From IMG/VR virus record IMGVR_UViG_2162886007_000107, positions 124,001-188,000 of that record: a stretch of DNA of 64,000 bases. One strand, given 5' to 3'. Below, in pieces: positions 55,339-63,882 of the stretch (position 1 is its first letter; each line of letters opens with the position of its first letter). The notes beneath the pieces were generated by a model. The model was not told where the DNA came from, did not search any database, and saw nothing but the letters and a program-made list of their open reading frames with translations. Position numbers and translations under genes: made by a program.

Positions 55339-55761
55339 ATGCAAAAGTCTATCGAAGTAACCCAAGAATTCACCTTCGCAGAAGTTTACCGCGACCTGGT
55401 CTGGTTCGGTAATGAGTTTCAAAAATGTGCGGCAGTGAAGTTCGAAGCGAGTGGTGATCCATCCATTCCCGCCGATCTGAGCGGCCGTCAGTTCGTGTTC
55501 GAAACCCGCGTCGGTACCAACCGTGCTACTGGTAAATCTCTTGCCGGCATCCTGATCTACGAGGTCAAAGTCGACGGTCAGGAAGGCGAATACTTTGCCA
55601 GTGTTTCTCGCGACCTGGATCTGACAGAAGATCCTGAAGTTATCTTCGCTGATCCAGAGAATATGCTGACAGTAGAAAGTGTCGAAATGCTGCTGCTGGT
55701 GGTTCAGAAATCGGTAATCGAATTCCGCGGTGAACTCGACCAACCTAAGGTTGTTCATTAA
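55339..55761 (+). CDS. hypothetical protein, LxG[RK]xF family
   Basis: ADLSGRQFVFET...AGILIYE. Confidence 0.8.
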   Translation: MQKSIEVTQEFTFAEVYRDLVWFGNEFQKCAAVKFEASGDPSIPADLSGRQFVFETRVGTNRATGKSLAGILIYEVKVDGQEGEYFASVSRDLDLTEDPEVIFADPENMLTVESVEMLLLVVQKSVIEFRGELDQPKVVH

Positions 55762-55773
55762 GGAGGGGTAGTC

Positions 55774-56187
55774 GTGACTACTTCTGAACCTTTCATCGTG
55801 AAATACGCCAAGGACTTCAAACTTTGGCGTATCCACAAAACGTTCCTGAATTTCGGCTTGGCTACTCGTACCAAGCCCGAGGTTCGCTTCATGAAGAACA
55901 ATCAGACTCCAGCTATTCTTCAGGGTCGTGATTTTGTCTTCAGTACTGCTGAGGGTCTTGACTCTCAGAATAATAATCGCCCAGTGATCGGTGTACAAAT
56001 TACAGAACGTATCATGGGCATGGAAGTTGATTTGTGCAAGGTTGTGCAGTTCAAAGACGACAGATCGTCACCTGCGGTTGTAATGTTACTCGGTGGTAAC
56101 GTGTTGGAAGAAGCGTTCATTAAGGACGTTCTCAAAATTGCTGAAGCAGTTATCCGTAACCATCCGGACTACTTCGACCCTAATTAA
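55774..56187 (+). CDS. hypothetical protein, LxG[RK]xF family
   Basis: AILQGRDFVFST...IGVQITE; GGAGG RBS, GTG start. Confidence 0.8.
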   Translation: MTTSEPFIVKYAKDFKLWRIHKTFLNFGLATRTKPEVRFMKNNQTPAILQGRDFVFSTAEGLDSQNNNRPVIGVQITERIMGMEVDLCKVVQFKDDRSSPAVVMLLGGNVLEEAFIKDVLKIAEAVIRNHPDYFDPN

Positions 56188-56198
56188 GGAAGTCACCC

Positions 56199-56633
56199 AT
56201 GAAAACCCCTTTCTACGTTATTCAAGCGGAATCGCGTGCTCCTGGTGAAAGTGTTACCAAAGTCGGCTATCTGTACGTCGACTCCGAATGCGGTATCGTG
56301 TTTGCCGATCGTTTCAACAGCGGTGGTTGGTTCTACACCACCGAAGCCGCCATGCAGCGCTGGGATTTCATCATGAATGAAGAACCCACCAAGTACACCG
56401 CCGGCAGCCTCCCTGGCTATCAGTACGCCATCCCTCACGTGTTGCGCAGCGCTGTTGGTGGTCGGATCGATGTAGACGGCCGCTACGAGTTCACGTTCAA
56501 GCTGATCGAAGTCATCGGTCCTAGCCTGGACAAGATCGAAGTTACCGTGGTTCGTGAGGTGGAAGTTATCGCCATCCAGTTCCACAATGAGTACGACAAG
56601 AAACCGATCATCACCATCAACAACATCAAGTAA
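56199..56633 (+). CDS. hypothetical protein
   Basis: 144 aa, biased codons. Confidence 0.8.
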   Translation: MKTPFYVIQAESRAPGESVTKVGYLYVDSECGIVFADRFNSGGWFYTTEAAMQRWDFIMNEEPTKYTAGSLPGYQYAIPHVLRSAVGGRIDVDGRYEFTFKLIEVIGPSLDKIEVTVVREVEVIAIQFHNEYDKKPIITINNIK

Positions 56634-56641
56634 GGCTTGTC

Positions 56642-57049
56642 ATGGCTAAGGTATCGTTTAAAGAGATCCACACCAATCTGTCTACTTACATGGAAGCTCG
56701 TAAGGAATACCCTGTAGTTACTTTCGAAGACAACGAAACTGTTCTTCGTCAGCTGCGTGGTAAAAGTTTCATGTTCGCTGCCATGAAAGGTGAGGACAAG
56801 CACAAGAAACCACAACTGGGGATCATGGTCGTAGAAAAGACCCCAGTTGGTGGTAATCCAGTCTGTGCACTCACTGCGGCCGATAAAGCCAAAGATCGTC
56901 GATTCAAAGTGCAGTTCCAAGGCAAACTGCTGCTGCTGGACGAGGAAGTCAACGTCCTTCTCCAGCAACTGGGTAACCGTATGAAGGCTGCGGCTCTTAC
57001 CAGTAATCTGGCACAAGGAGCTTCTGATGGCTCGCAAACAACGCAATAA
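56642..57049 (+). CDS. hypothetical protein, LxG[RK]xF family
   Basis: RQLRGKSFMFAA...LGIMVVE. Confidence 0.75.
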   Translation: MAKVSFKEIHTNLSTYMEARKEYPVVTFEDNETVLRQLRGKSFMFAAMKGEDKHKKPQLGIMVVEKTPVGGNPVCALTAADKAKDRRFKVQFQGKLLLLDEEVNVLLQQLGNRMKAAALTSNLAQGASDGSQTTQ

Positions 57050-57287
57050 AGAACCGGCTATTACTCGTACTTGCCCAGACGGTACTCTCATTATTTCTCG
57101 TGAGTGGATTGGCTGGGTTGTTATCTCTGGGACTATTGGTCAGTATTCGGGTATTGAAAGTATCCTGGCCTACGCCACTCGTCGTCTCAATGAAGACGGC
57201 ATTGCCCCAGAAGGCAAGTATGCTTTGGTTTCTTACGACGGTCGTGCGATCGTTACCTACGTAGATAAAGAGGGAGTTACACCGTGA
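57027..57287 (+). CDS. hypothetical protein
   Basis: AGGAG RBS, 86 aa. Confidence 0.7.
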   Translation: MARKQRNKEPAITRTCPDGTLIISREWIGWVVISGTIGQYSGIESILAYATRRLNEDGIAPEGKYALVSYDGRAIVTYVDKEGVTP

Positions 57288-58369
57288 CCGCCAAAAAAGC
57301 TGCTCGTCGTAATGCTGCAAAAACCCTGGATCAGATCAAAGAAGTTTTGTTTATGACTGGGTCTTCTGACGAACAAGTGTTGGAACACATTCGTCAGTTA
57401 GAGCATTACCATTTTTACTTGAAAGAACTTGGTACTGCTGTTGCCACAGATTTGTTTAACGAAAGTACTGTCGTAGGCCGCGCAGAGCTGTTGTTTGGTG
57501 ACCAAGGTCCATTTAAAGCAATGGCATCTGGCAATGGTCGTAACCTGAGAATCACCGGCGGTATTCACGGAACTCGTGAACTGGTTAAGGGCTTTGTTCA
57601 AATTCTGTCTGAGCATGCGCTGGCAGAGGCTGAGAAGCCAAAAGACCTTTTCTACGATGCAGCGGATTTCATGATTCGCAACACGCCGTCTGATGATGCA
57701 AAGCCTCAGACACTCGGACAAAGGCTTTGGCTGCTTAATCAAAGCCAAGGAATGTTTGCGCTCATGCACAAGCATCCGTCCATCAGCAGTAATGGTCATG
57801 CTGTACTGCGCTTCATTCAAAATGTTGTGGAGCAGCAGGTCGAAGAAAACAAACAGCTGACCGGACAAATTGCCACGGCTTGTTTGGCATTGGGCCTCAA
57901 CCCATCAGAACCCAACCGCCTACCAACGGCATTGTCGAACCTCACCACTGCGTTGCGGTTACTCAAGCCATTTACTGGAGATCTGACTGCAGCAACAGCA
58001 ACTTTGAAACCTGCTGAAAGGGTTCTTCCTGCTGAGCCTGCTGTAATGATGGAACCTTTGAGCGCTGGCTCTCATGGTGTGTTCAAGATCACCCAAGAGT
58101 GGTACGACTGGTTCTGGGCTATCGATGATCTGGATGAAAGCCTCAGCTCCAAGATTCTCGAACGCCAAGGTCGCATGCGTCAAGCCATCGACAAACGTGT
58201 CATTGAAAGAATGACGAGCAACAAAGATGGGTGGCCACGTAACCTTTCCTTGATGGTTAACTTCGAAAGCGAAAAAGCAATGGGTCGTCCTGTTGTTCTT
58301 TTCACCGCTCAGGTTAACGACCAGGTCAATAAGAACTTTGGTCCGGCCGCTCTGCAACAACAATTTTAA
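57284..58369 (+). CDS. hypothetical protein
   Basis: 361 aa, GTGA overlap. Confidence 0.8.
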   Translation: MTAKKAARRNAAKTLDQIKEVLFMTGSSDEQVLEHIRQLEHYHFYLKELGTAVATDLFNESTVVGRAELLFGDQGPFKAMASGNGRNLRITGGIHGTRELVKGFVQILSEHALAEAEKPKDLFYDAADFMIRNTPSDDAKPQTLGQRLWLLNQSQGMFALMHKHPSISSNGHAVLRFIQNVVEQQVEENKQLTGQIATACLALGLNPSEPNRLPTALSNLTTALRLLKPFTGDLTAATATLKPAERVLPAEPAVMMEPLSAGSHGVFKITQEWYDWFWAIDDLDESLSSKILERQGRMRQAIDKRVIERMTSNKDGWPRNLSLMVNFESEKAMGRPVVLFTAQVNDQVNKNFGPAALQQQF

Positions 58370-58385
58370 TCATTAGGAGAATGAT

Positions 58386-58961
58386 GTGGATACCGTAACT
58401 CAAGAACTGCAAGCGATGTTGGCTAAGCCGAAAAAGAAATATGGCTTTCCTCCGTTCGTGCTGGATGAGTCCCTGTACCCTATCGAGCAAGAAAACCAGG
58501 TTATCGATTACTTCCGCGACAACTGGGTAGATAACGATAAAAAGATTATCAAGATGGTGAAGCACGTTTACAACTCTGTGCCTCGCTTTATCCAGAAGTC
58601 TTTCCTGGACGTCATCTTGAAGGTAGCTGACCCGAAAAAGATGTTGGTCTTCTACTTTACAGAGAAAGAGCGTTGGACAGAAATCATCAACCAGATGGTT
58701 GCTGAAGGTAACCACGGGGTTATCTACGACGACCACAACGTTTACGGGTTTGTTGTAGAGACTCGTGAGAACTGGTTGAAGGAAGGCGACAAGTGGCACA
58801 AGGATGACGAACGTGAAATCATCAAGCGCTCCTACTACAAGTGGGCTCGTGAAAAAGGTCTTACTCATTTCAAGGGTAAGGTCATGATGTTTCACCACTT
58901 TGGTTTCTCGGGGATGTCTTACTTCTTCGACCACAAAATCGACGATAGCGAAGGCTACTAA
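58386..58961 (+). CDS. hypothetical protein
   Basis: AGGAG RBS, GTG start, 191 aa. Confidence 0.8.
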   Translation: MDTVTQELQAMLAKPKKKYGFPPFVLDESLYPIEQENQVIDYFRDNWVDNDKKIIKMVKHVYNSVPRFIQKSFLDVILKVADPKKMLVFYFTEKERWTEIINQMVAEGNHGVIYDDHNVYGFVVETRENWLKEGDKWHKDDEREIIKRSYYKWAREKGLTHFKGKVMMFHHFGFSGMSYFFDHKIDDSEGY

Positions 58962-58972
58962 GGAGAGCTTCT

Positions 58973-59566
58973 GTGACGTTCTATAAAGGTGGCGAGTTGT
59001 TACCCCTAACGTTGTATCGGGGAGAAGTAGATCACCCCAGTGTCAGCAAGCCACACAGCTTCCCGCGTGCTTTGTACTTCGGTGACTTGGAAACAGCTCA
59101 TGCTTATTCCGATTACCTGGAAAACTCGGGCGATTACAAGACCAGTCGTATCTATCCGGTACACATTGTTCTTAAACGCCCATTTATCAATCAACCGGAA
59201 GATCCGTTTCTGGATATGCCAGAGATTGTTAGTCGTCTTGGTCTGGAAGAAGCTCGTCGTATTGCTAAGCGCTTTGCTAAGTACATCGAAGAGACGGATC
59301 AATGGCGGTATCGTGTCAATTCAGAAGGTCGGTATGATGGGGTAGAACATTACCTTGCCTGTCCGCGTTCTGATGTAAACAATCTGTGTTTCCAGGCGTA
59401 TCGATTCTTCGATAGCCAAATGGAAGTAAATCGTTTGAGAAGGTTAGGGTATGACGGTGCGATCCATGCTGGTAGTGGAAGTGGAAGTGCCGGTAAACCC
59501 GAGTACTGCGTGTTCAACATCGAACAAGTCTTTTCCATACCCGGTCAGTCTTTTCTGAGTAAATGA
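58973..59566 (+). CDS. ADP-ribosyltransferase-fold protein (ART-PolyVal-like, stand-alone)
   Basis: LYRG...LYFG..ETAHAY...IYPVHIVLKRPF...GYDGAIH...EYCVFNIEQV. Confidence 0.65.
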   Translation: MTFYKGGELLPLTLYRGEVDHPSVSKPHSFPRALYFGDLETAHAYSDYLENSGDYKTSRIYPVHIVLKRPFINQPEDPFLDMPEIVSRLGLEEARRIAKRFAKYIEETDQWRYRVNSEGRYDGVEHYLACPRSDVNNLCFQAYRFFDSQMEVNRLRRLGYDGAIHAGSGSGSAGKPEYCVFNIEQVFSIPGQSFLSK

Positions 59567-59925
59567 AAATGGCTAATGATGAGGTATATAAAGCGGGGCT
59601 TGACGAACCTTCCGTCTTTAGTGGTGATGGGGAGCAACCAGTCAGTATCCACTGGCTGGCCTGGTACGTCCGTAACAACCATGGGGCTAGCCTCATGGTA
59701 GCAATGATCGCTGGCAACAATCTGATCCGTCAGCTGTGTAGCGAGGGGCTTCGTGCAGTCTGTACCAATAGCGAACCTATCATGTTTGTAGAAGTGTTCA
59801 TCAATGAGACAGCATTTAGTGTGCCTCGGATGGAATGGGTTATCTGGTACGCCAATCTACACAAGGTTGGTTATACCAGCGCTAACTGGGCAGGAAAGCT
59901 TCAAAACTATATCACTAACAGGTAA
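59563..59925 (+). CDS. hypothetical protein, W-x-x-Y helical family
   Basis: EPSVF...SIHWLAWYVRNNHGASLMVA. Confidence 0.75.
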   Translation: MKMANDEVYKAGLDEPSVFSGDGEQPVSIHWLAWYVRNNHGASLMVAMIAGNNLIRQLCSEGLRAVCTNSEPIMFVEVFINETAFSVPRMEWVIWYANLHKVGYTSANWAGKLQNYITNR

Positions 59926-59944
59926 TCAATAGGAGGTATCCAGG

Positions 59945-60421
59945 ATGGCTGGCTTTAGTTACATTCCTTTGATCAACGAACCGTGCATGTTTACCGGAGT
60001 ACGTTTCCGCTTAAACAGGGATTGGGTTTTCTTCGTTAAACGGTTGGCGGCTGGTATCGCTGTAAACAAAGGTCAGGAAAAGTTTAATGAGAGTGTGAAA
60101 GCATTTGAAGAATTCTTTTCGCCAACCATCCTGGGCTTCAATCAAGACAAATCCCTGCGGTCTCAACACAACTTGCAACACCAACGGGATATGGCTCTCT
60201 TTGTGAACAACATGGAGCTGGTTAAGTCGGGGATGAATGTGATGCACAACATCCATCAAGAGTTGAAAGATGATTTGGATGAAGACGGGTTTGCACAACC
60301 AACTTCAATCCTGACCATGGACAAACTCATCAGTATGCGTTGGGTGATGCATACTGCTCGCGTAGATCGCATGCTTCCTGAAGAAGCCTATGTGCTTGCT
60401 CAGGCTTTAACTAAATCTTAA
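59945..60421 (+). CDS. hypothetical protein
   Basis: GGAGG RBS; EPCMF...NRDWVFF is a weak family match. Confidence 0.75.
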   Translation: MAGFSYIPLINEPCMFTGVRFRLNRDWVFFVKRLAAGIAVNKGQEKFNESVKAFEEFFSPTILGFNQDKSLRSQHNLQHQRDMALFVNNMELVKSGMNVMHNIHQELKDDLDEDGFAQPTSILTMDKLISMRWVMHTARVDRMLPEEAYVLAQALTKS

Positions 60422-60436
60422 TTAGGGGTAACAACC

Positions 60437-61735
60437 GTGTCTGATAAGAATGTAACGAATTCGAACGACCCTGTTGAAAAGATCGAATATTTCGAGGACA
60501 AGCTCCACAGTGAGCATCATGTCCACACTGGATTCGCCAGCATTGCCAAAGCAGCGGATAACTCGCTGTGTGAGCGTGAAGAACTCGCTCTGGGCGATAT
60601 GTCCGACAACGACCTGGCAAAGGAAGTGCTCAAGCTGCAAGAGTACCTGCAACTTCCTAGCGGTATTTATTACGGTGAGCTGCTCAAGGCCATTGTTCAC
60701 CGGCTGCGTTTCCTGAGCGGTCGTCTGCGCCACTATGAAGGCAAAGAAGTCTTCGACATGGAAGACCCAACTCCAAATTTGGATGCTGCAAGGAAACGAG
60801 TTCAGGATTACCTATCGGGCCTTCCCCCAACAAACCTCAACGATATTCTTACTCACCCCGGTGGTGGTGATCCACAGCATTTGGTGGACACTGAAGTTGT
60901 TTTCAGCTCTCCTGCAATGGAAGCCTTTGTTCGTGACAATCCTCAGTTGTTGGAGGTTCGTCTTGGCAAGCTGCGGCCACAAGGTACTTTCCATGGTGGA
61001 CTGTATTACGCGATAGGGAAACCTAATCTCGATTTCAATGGCGATGGTGAATTCACCATGCCTAAAGCCGGGGAGGATATTGGTCCTGAGTATAAATACG
61101 TTTCTGCTCAGTCCACGCTAAACATGTCTCCTGAATTGCAGAAACTGATTGCCGACTCAGCGCCAAAGTTTGATGGTTCTACTTTGCGTGATATCGGCAC
61201 GTCACAGACTGTTCATGTTGAAGTCAGCGGCCCTGGCGCCGACGATCTGGTTCAGTCGGCTAACCTCAAAGACCAGCCTTATCTAGTAAAGGTTGGCACC
61301 ATGTTGGCGTACACCCATCCAGTAGGCGGTCTTCTCGTGAGCGACAATTTCGAGAGGACTCGTCGTGACATTCGTAATACACTGGATGCGCAAGCCGACG
61401 TATACCGTCGCACCAAAACCATGTTTGATCGTCTGTGCTTCTTCCTGGGAATTCAGGATAAAGAAAACCTAGGGGCAATTGCTCACAAGTTAGTCGAGAA
61501 ACACAACGCCACTGGTGAAGGAGTGTTCGTAGTACTTCGTGCGGCTGCGCTCATGGACGGTAAAGCATCTCTCGAAGAAGCTGATAAATGCTACTTTGAG
61601 TTGCGCGATCTGGTACTGGCTATCAATCCAGGTTACGGCAAAGAGCCTAAGTACGACGCCAAGAATAGCCACGAGAGTTTCTTCAAAACAATCGTGCTCC
61701 CTTTTCCTGAAACTGGTAACGAGGAGAAGCCATAA
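60437..61735 (+). CDS. hypothetical multidomain protein
   Basis: 432 aa. Confidence 0.8.
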   Translation: MSDKNVTNSNDPVEKIEYFEDKLHSEHHVHTGFASIAKAADNSLCEREELALGDMSDNDLAKEVLKLQEYLQLPSGIYYGELLKAIVHRLRFLSGRLRHYEGKEVFDMEDPTPNLDAARKRVQDYLSGLPPTNLNDILTHPGGGDPQHLVDTEVVFSSPAMEAFVRDNPQLLEVRLGKLRPQGTFHGGLYYAIGKPNLDFNGDGEFTMPKAGEDIGPEYKYVSAQSTLNMSPELQKLIADSAPKFDGSTLRDIGTSQTVHVEVSGPGADDLVQSANLKDQPYLVKVGTMLAYTHPVGGLLVSDNFERTRRDIRNTLDAQADVYRRTKTMFDRLCFFLGIQDKENLGAIAHKLVEKHNATGEGVFVVLRAAALMDGKASLEEADKCYFELRDLVLAINPGYGKEPKYDAKNSHESFFKTIVLPFPETGNEEKP

Positions 61736-62085
61736 TGGCTGATATCAACCCTGCTGCTGAACTGCCAAAACGCAATGCGGTTGTTTATCCTGTGGGTCGT
61801 GATCCAGAAGGTAAGCAGATCTGGTCTGTAAGTGTTCTCGGTCATTGCACTCTCAACCGTGCTCTGATGACCGAGATCTCGGCAGACGCCTGCGGAGAAG
61901 TAGAAAACGTTGTTTGGGCTACCGAACCTCCTCTTGTTGATGGGACAACTCTCAACAAGGATTGGTTGGTATGGTGTATGTCTACTCACCACATTGGTGA
62001 AGACGAAGCCAGGCACGAAGGCCATCGTCGATTGCAGTTCTTTCAGTTCTGCGCCATTGCACGAGAAAGAAGCAATGGACAGTAA
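61735..62085 (+). CDS. hypothetical protein
   Basis: TAATG coupling, GAGGAG RBS. Confidence 0.75.
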   Translation: MADINPAAELPKRNAVVYPVGRDPEGKQIWSVSVLGHCTLNRALMTEISADACGEVENVVWATEPPLVDGTTLNKDWLVWCMSTHHIGEDEARHEGHRRLQFFQFCAIARERSNGQ

Positions 62086-62380
62086 AGAACCCACCTTGGA
62101 AGGTAGCCTTCGCGGTGGAATGAGTAAGTCCTGGGTGGAGTGGTATCGTGCTCAAGGCTACTCGTTATTGGAAGCTCGTGAAGAAGCCTTACGTCGCCTT
62201 GAACTTAAACGCGATAAAGCGGCTGAATTGGCTTCTAACAAACCGGAACCTTCCCTGCTCAATATTCATGGAAGAAAAAATCCGGAATGGGTGCGGTGGT
62301 ATCGCGATAAAAATGGGGTAACTTTACTTGAGGCTTTGAATGCTCAGGTTAGTCGTATTTCTCAACTGAACAAGCAATAA
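62075..62380 (+). CDS. two-repeat small helical protein (W-x-x-Y family; L7/L12-CTD or EF-Ts-UBA-like motif)
   Basis: ATG 62075; WVEWYRAQGYSLLEA and WVRWYRDKNGVTLLEA. Confidence 0.7.
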   Translation: MDSKEPTLEGSLRGGMSKSWVEWYRAQGYSLLEAREEALRRLELKRDKAAELASNKPEPSLLNIHGRKNPEWVRWYRDKNGVTLLEALNAQVSRISQLNKQ

Positions 62381-62388
62381 ATATGCTG

Positions 62389-62423
62389 CTGTCAGGCTCC
62401 TCCGGGGGCCTGGCAGTCTTTTC
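62389..62423 (+). terminator. intrinsic terminator
   Basis: CTGTCAGGCTCC-TCCG-GGGGCCTGGCAG (G-U pairs) then TCTTTTCT. Confidence 0.7.
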
Positions 62424-62443
62424 TGTCAAATGGGGGAATTGTT

Positions 62444-63004
62444 ATGCCGGATATGGTTAAAGGTGGGTTAATTGTTGCGTTTGCTGTTGGTCTGTTTTTC
62501 TTTTTCCGTTGGCTGATGAAACCGGAACCAGCGCTCAAGAAACGCGCTGAAGAATTCAATCGTCAATATGAGGAAGCCCAAGGCTACCCAACTGACGAAC
62601 AACAACAACCGATCTACGACGAGCGTAAAGAAAAGGTTCGAGATCCAGTACCTGCTTTCCGTGAAGGTTATCCGCAACACCGTACTCGTTCCAACCCTCC
62701 TCCTCGCCCTAGTACTCCACCGCCACCTCCAGGTATGCGTGAAGGCAGTGGTCGTGAAGTACCTCTGACTTCTTCGCGTGATCGTGCTCGTGGTCTGCAC
62801 CATCATCAACATTCTCGCGTATCCCATGATGACAACATGGGTACCGGCGTAATGATGGGTATGATGTTATCCAGTAACAACCACAGCTCTCCTAGCCAGA
62901 GTGCGTGCTCTCCTTCACCTTCCTACGACCGCGACAGTCGTGCGGATGACAATCGTTGCGACGACAATAACAGCAGCTCTTCCAGCAACGATTCGAGTGA
63001 TTAA
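62444..63004 (+). CDS. membrane-anchored, largely disordered protein
   Basis: N-terminal TM; Pro/Arg, His and Ser/Asp low-complexity tail. Confidence 0.75.
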   Translation: MPDMVKGGLIVAFAVGLFFFFRWLMKPEPALKKRAEEFNRQYEEAQGYPTDEQQQPIYDERKEKVRDPVPAFREGYPQHRTRSNPPPRPSTPPPPPGMREGSGREVPLTSSRDRARGLHHHQHSRVSHDDNMGTGVMMGMMLSSNNHSSPSQSACSPSPSYDRDSRADDNRCDDNNSSSSSNDSSD

Positions 63005-63009
63005 CCGTC

Positions 63010-63279
63010 ATGGAAAACGATGAAGAGATTGAAAAGCTCCCGACTGCTGCTAAAGTAATTTTGTGGGTACTGTTTCTTTGTTTGTGCGTGGCTTTGCGTA
63101 GTTGTTACGTTGATGCCAGGAAAGTAGCCGACGATCCCAATGTTGGGGTGGCTGCCGATCTGAAGCGTTTGAAGATGAGTACTTGTTCTAATGAGTACGA
63201 CACTCCTCAATGCCGTGAAGATCAGGCTGCTCGTAGAGCCGAAGCTTACGAAAAAGACAAGCACTTAATGGATAAGTAA
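63010..63279 (+). CDS. single-TM protein with CxxxYxTxxC motif
   Basis: TM VILWVLFLCLCVAL; CSNEYDTPQC. Confidence 0.75.
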   Translation: MENDEEIEKLPTAAKVILWVLFLCLCVALRSCYVDARKVADDPNVGVAADLKRLKMSTCSNEYDTPQCREDQAARRAEAYEKDKHLMDK

Positions 63280-63281
63280 TT

Positions 63282-63539
63282 ATGTGGGACAGCAGTGGAG
63301 GTGGTGGGGTGAGCAATTCAAGTAGGTTGAACTGTAAAGAAGGACTCGGCCTTTTGGGTGTGTTTTCCTTTATCGGTGCAATAATTTATGGTGCCTGTTA
63401 TTTGCAGGATATAGAAAACCAAGATCGTTGCATGGGTAAATACAACACCTCCGCTTGCTTTGAGCTTAAAGCTAAAGAAGCTAAAGCCAAAGAAGAATAC
63501 CTGTTAAAGGTTGAGGGACTTCGTAATGGAAGTAGTTAA
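63282..63539 (+). CDS. single-TM protein with CxxxYxTxxC motif
   Basis: TM LGLLGVFSFIGAIIYGACYL; CMGKYNTSAC. Confidence 0.75.
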   Translation: MWDSSGGGGVSNSSRLNCKEGLGLLGVFSFIGAIIYGACYLQDIENQDRCMGKYNTSACFELKAKEAKAKEEYLLKVEGLRNGSS

Positions 63540-63633
63540 AATTGTTTTTGCTGTGCTTCTGGTAGTTATGTTTGTGGACCTGGCAGTTGATAGTTTCCGG
63601 GAACATCCCACTTGTTGCGAAGAAGATGATTAA
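63526..63633 (+). CDS. 35-aa membrane microprotein (below ORF-track cutoff)
   Basis: GAGGG RBS; MEVVKIVFAVLLVVMFVDLAVDSFREHPTCCEEDD fills the gap between neighbours. Confidence 0.6.
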   Translation: MEVVKIVFAVLLVVMFVDLAVDSFREHPTCCEEDD

Positions 63634-63642
63634 GGGGTAGCA

Positions 63643-63882
63643 ATGAAATCTCTGACTCAAGCATCGTTAAAAGACGGTGTGGTCGTATGTTTGAAAATGG
63701 TCGTTATGATTACAGCGGCTTTTGCAATTGTTTTTGGTGCCGAGCATCTGCGTGACCGTATCAAGGATCAACGCGGCGGGTTTAACGACCAGAACTGCGT
63801 GGGTAGTTTCAACACTATCCCTTGCCACCAGATGAAGATCAACCAGCTCCTCAAAGAGCGGGATCTAAAAGGAGTCCAGTAA
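63643..63882 (+). CDS. single-TM protein with CxxxFxTxxC motif
   Basis: TM VVVCLKMVVMITAAFAIVFGA; CVGSFNTIPC. Confidence 0.75.
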   Translation: MKSLTQASLKDGVVVCLKMVVMITAAFAIVFGAEHLRDRIKDQRGGFNDQNCVGSFNTIPCHQMKINQLLKERDLKGVQ

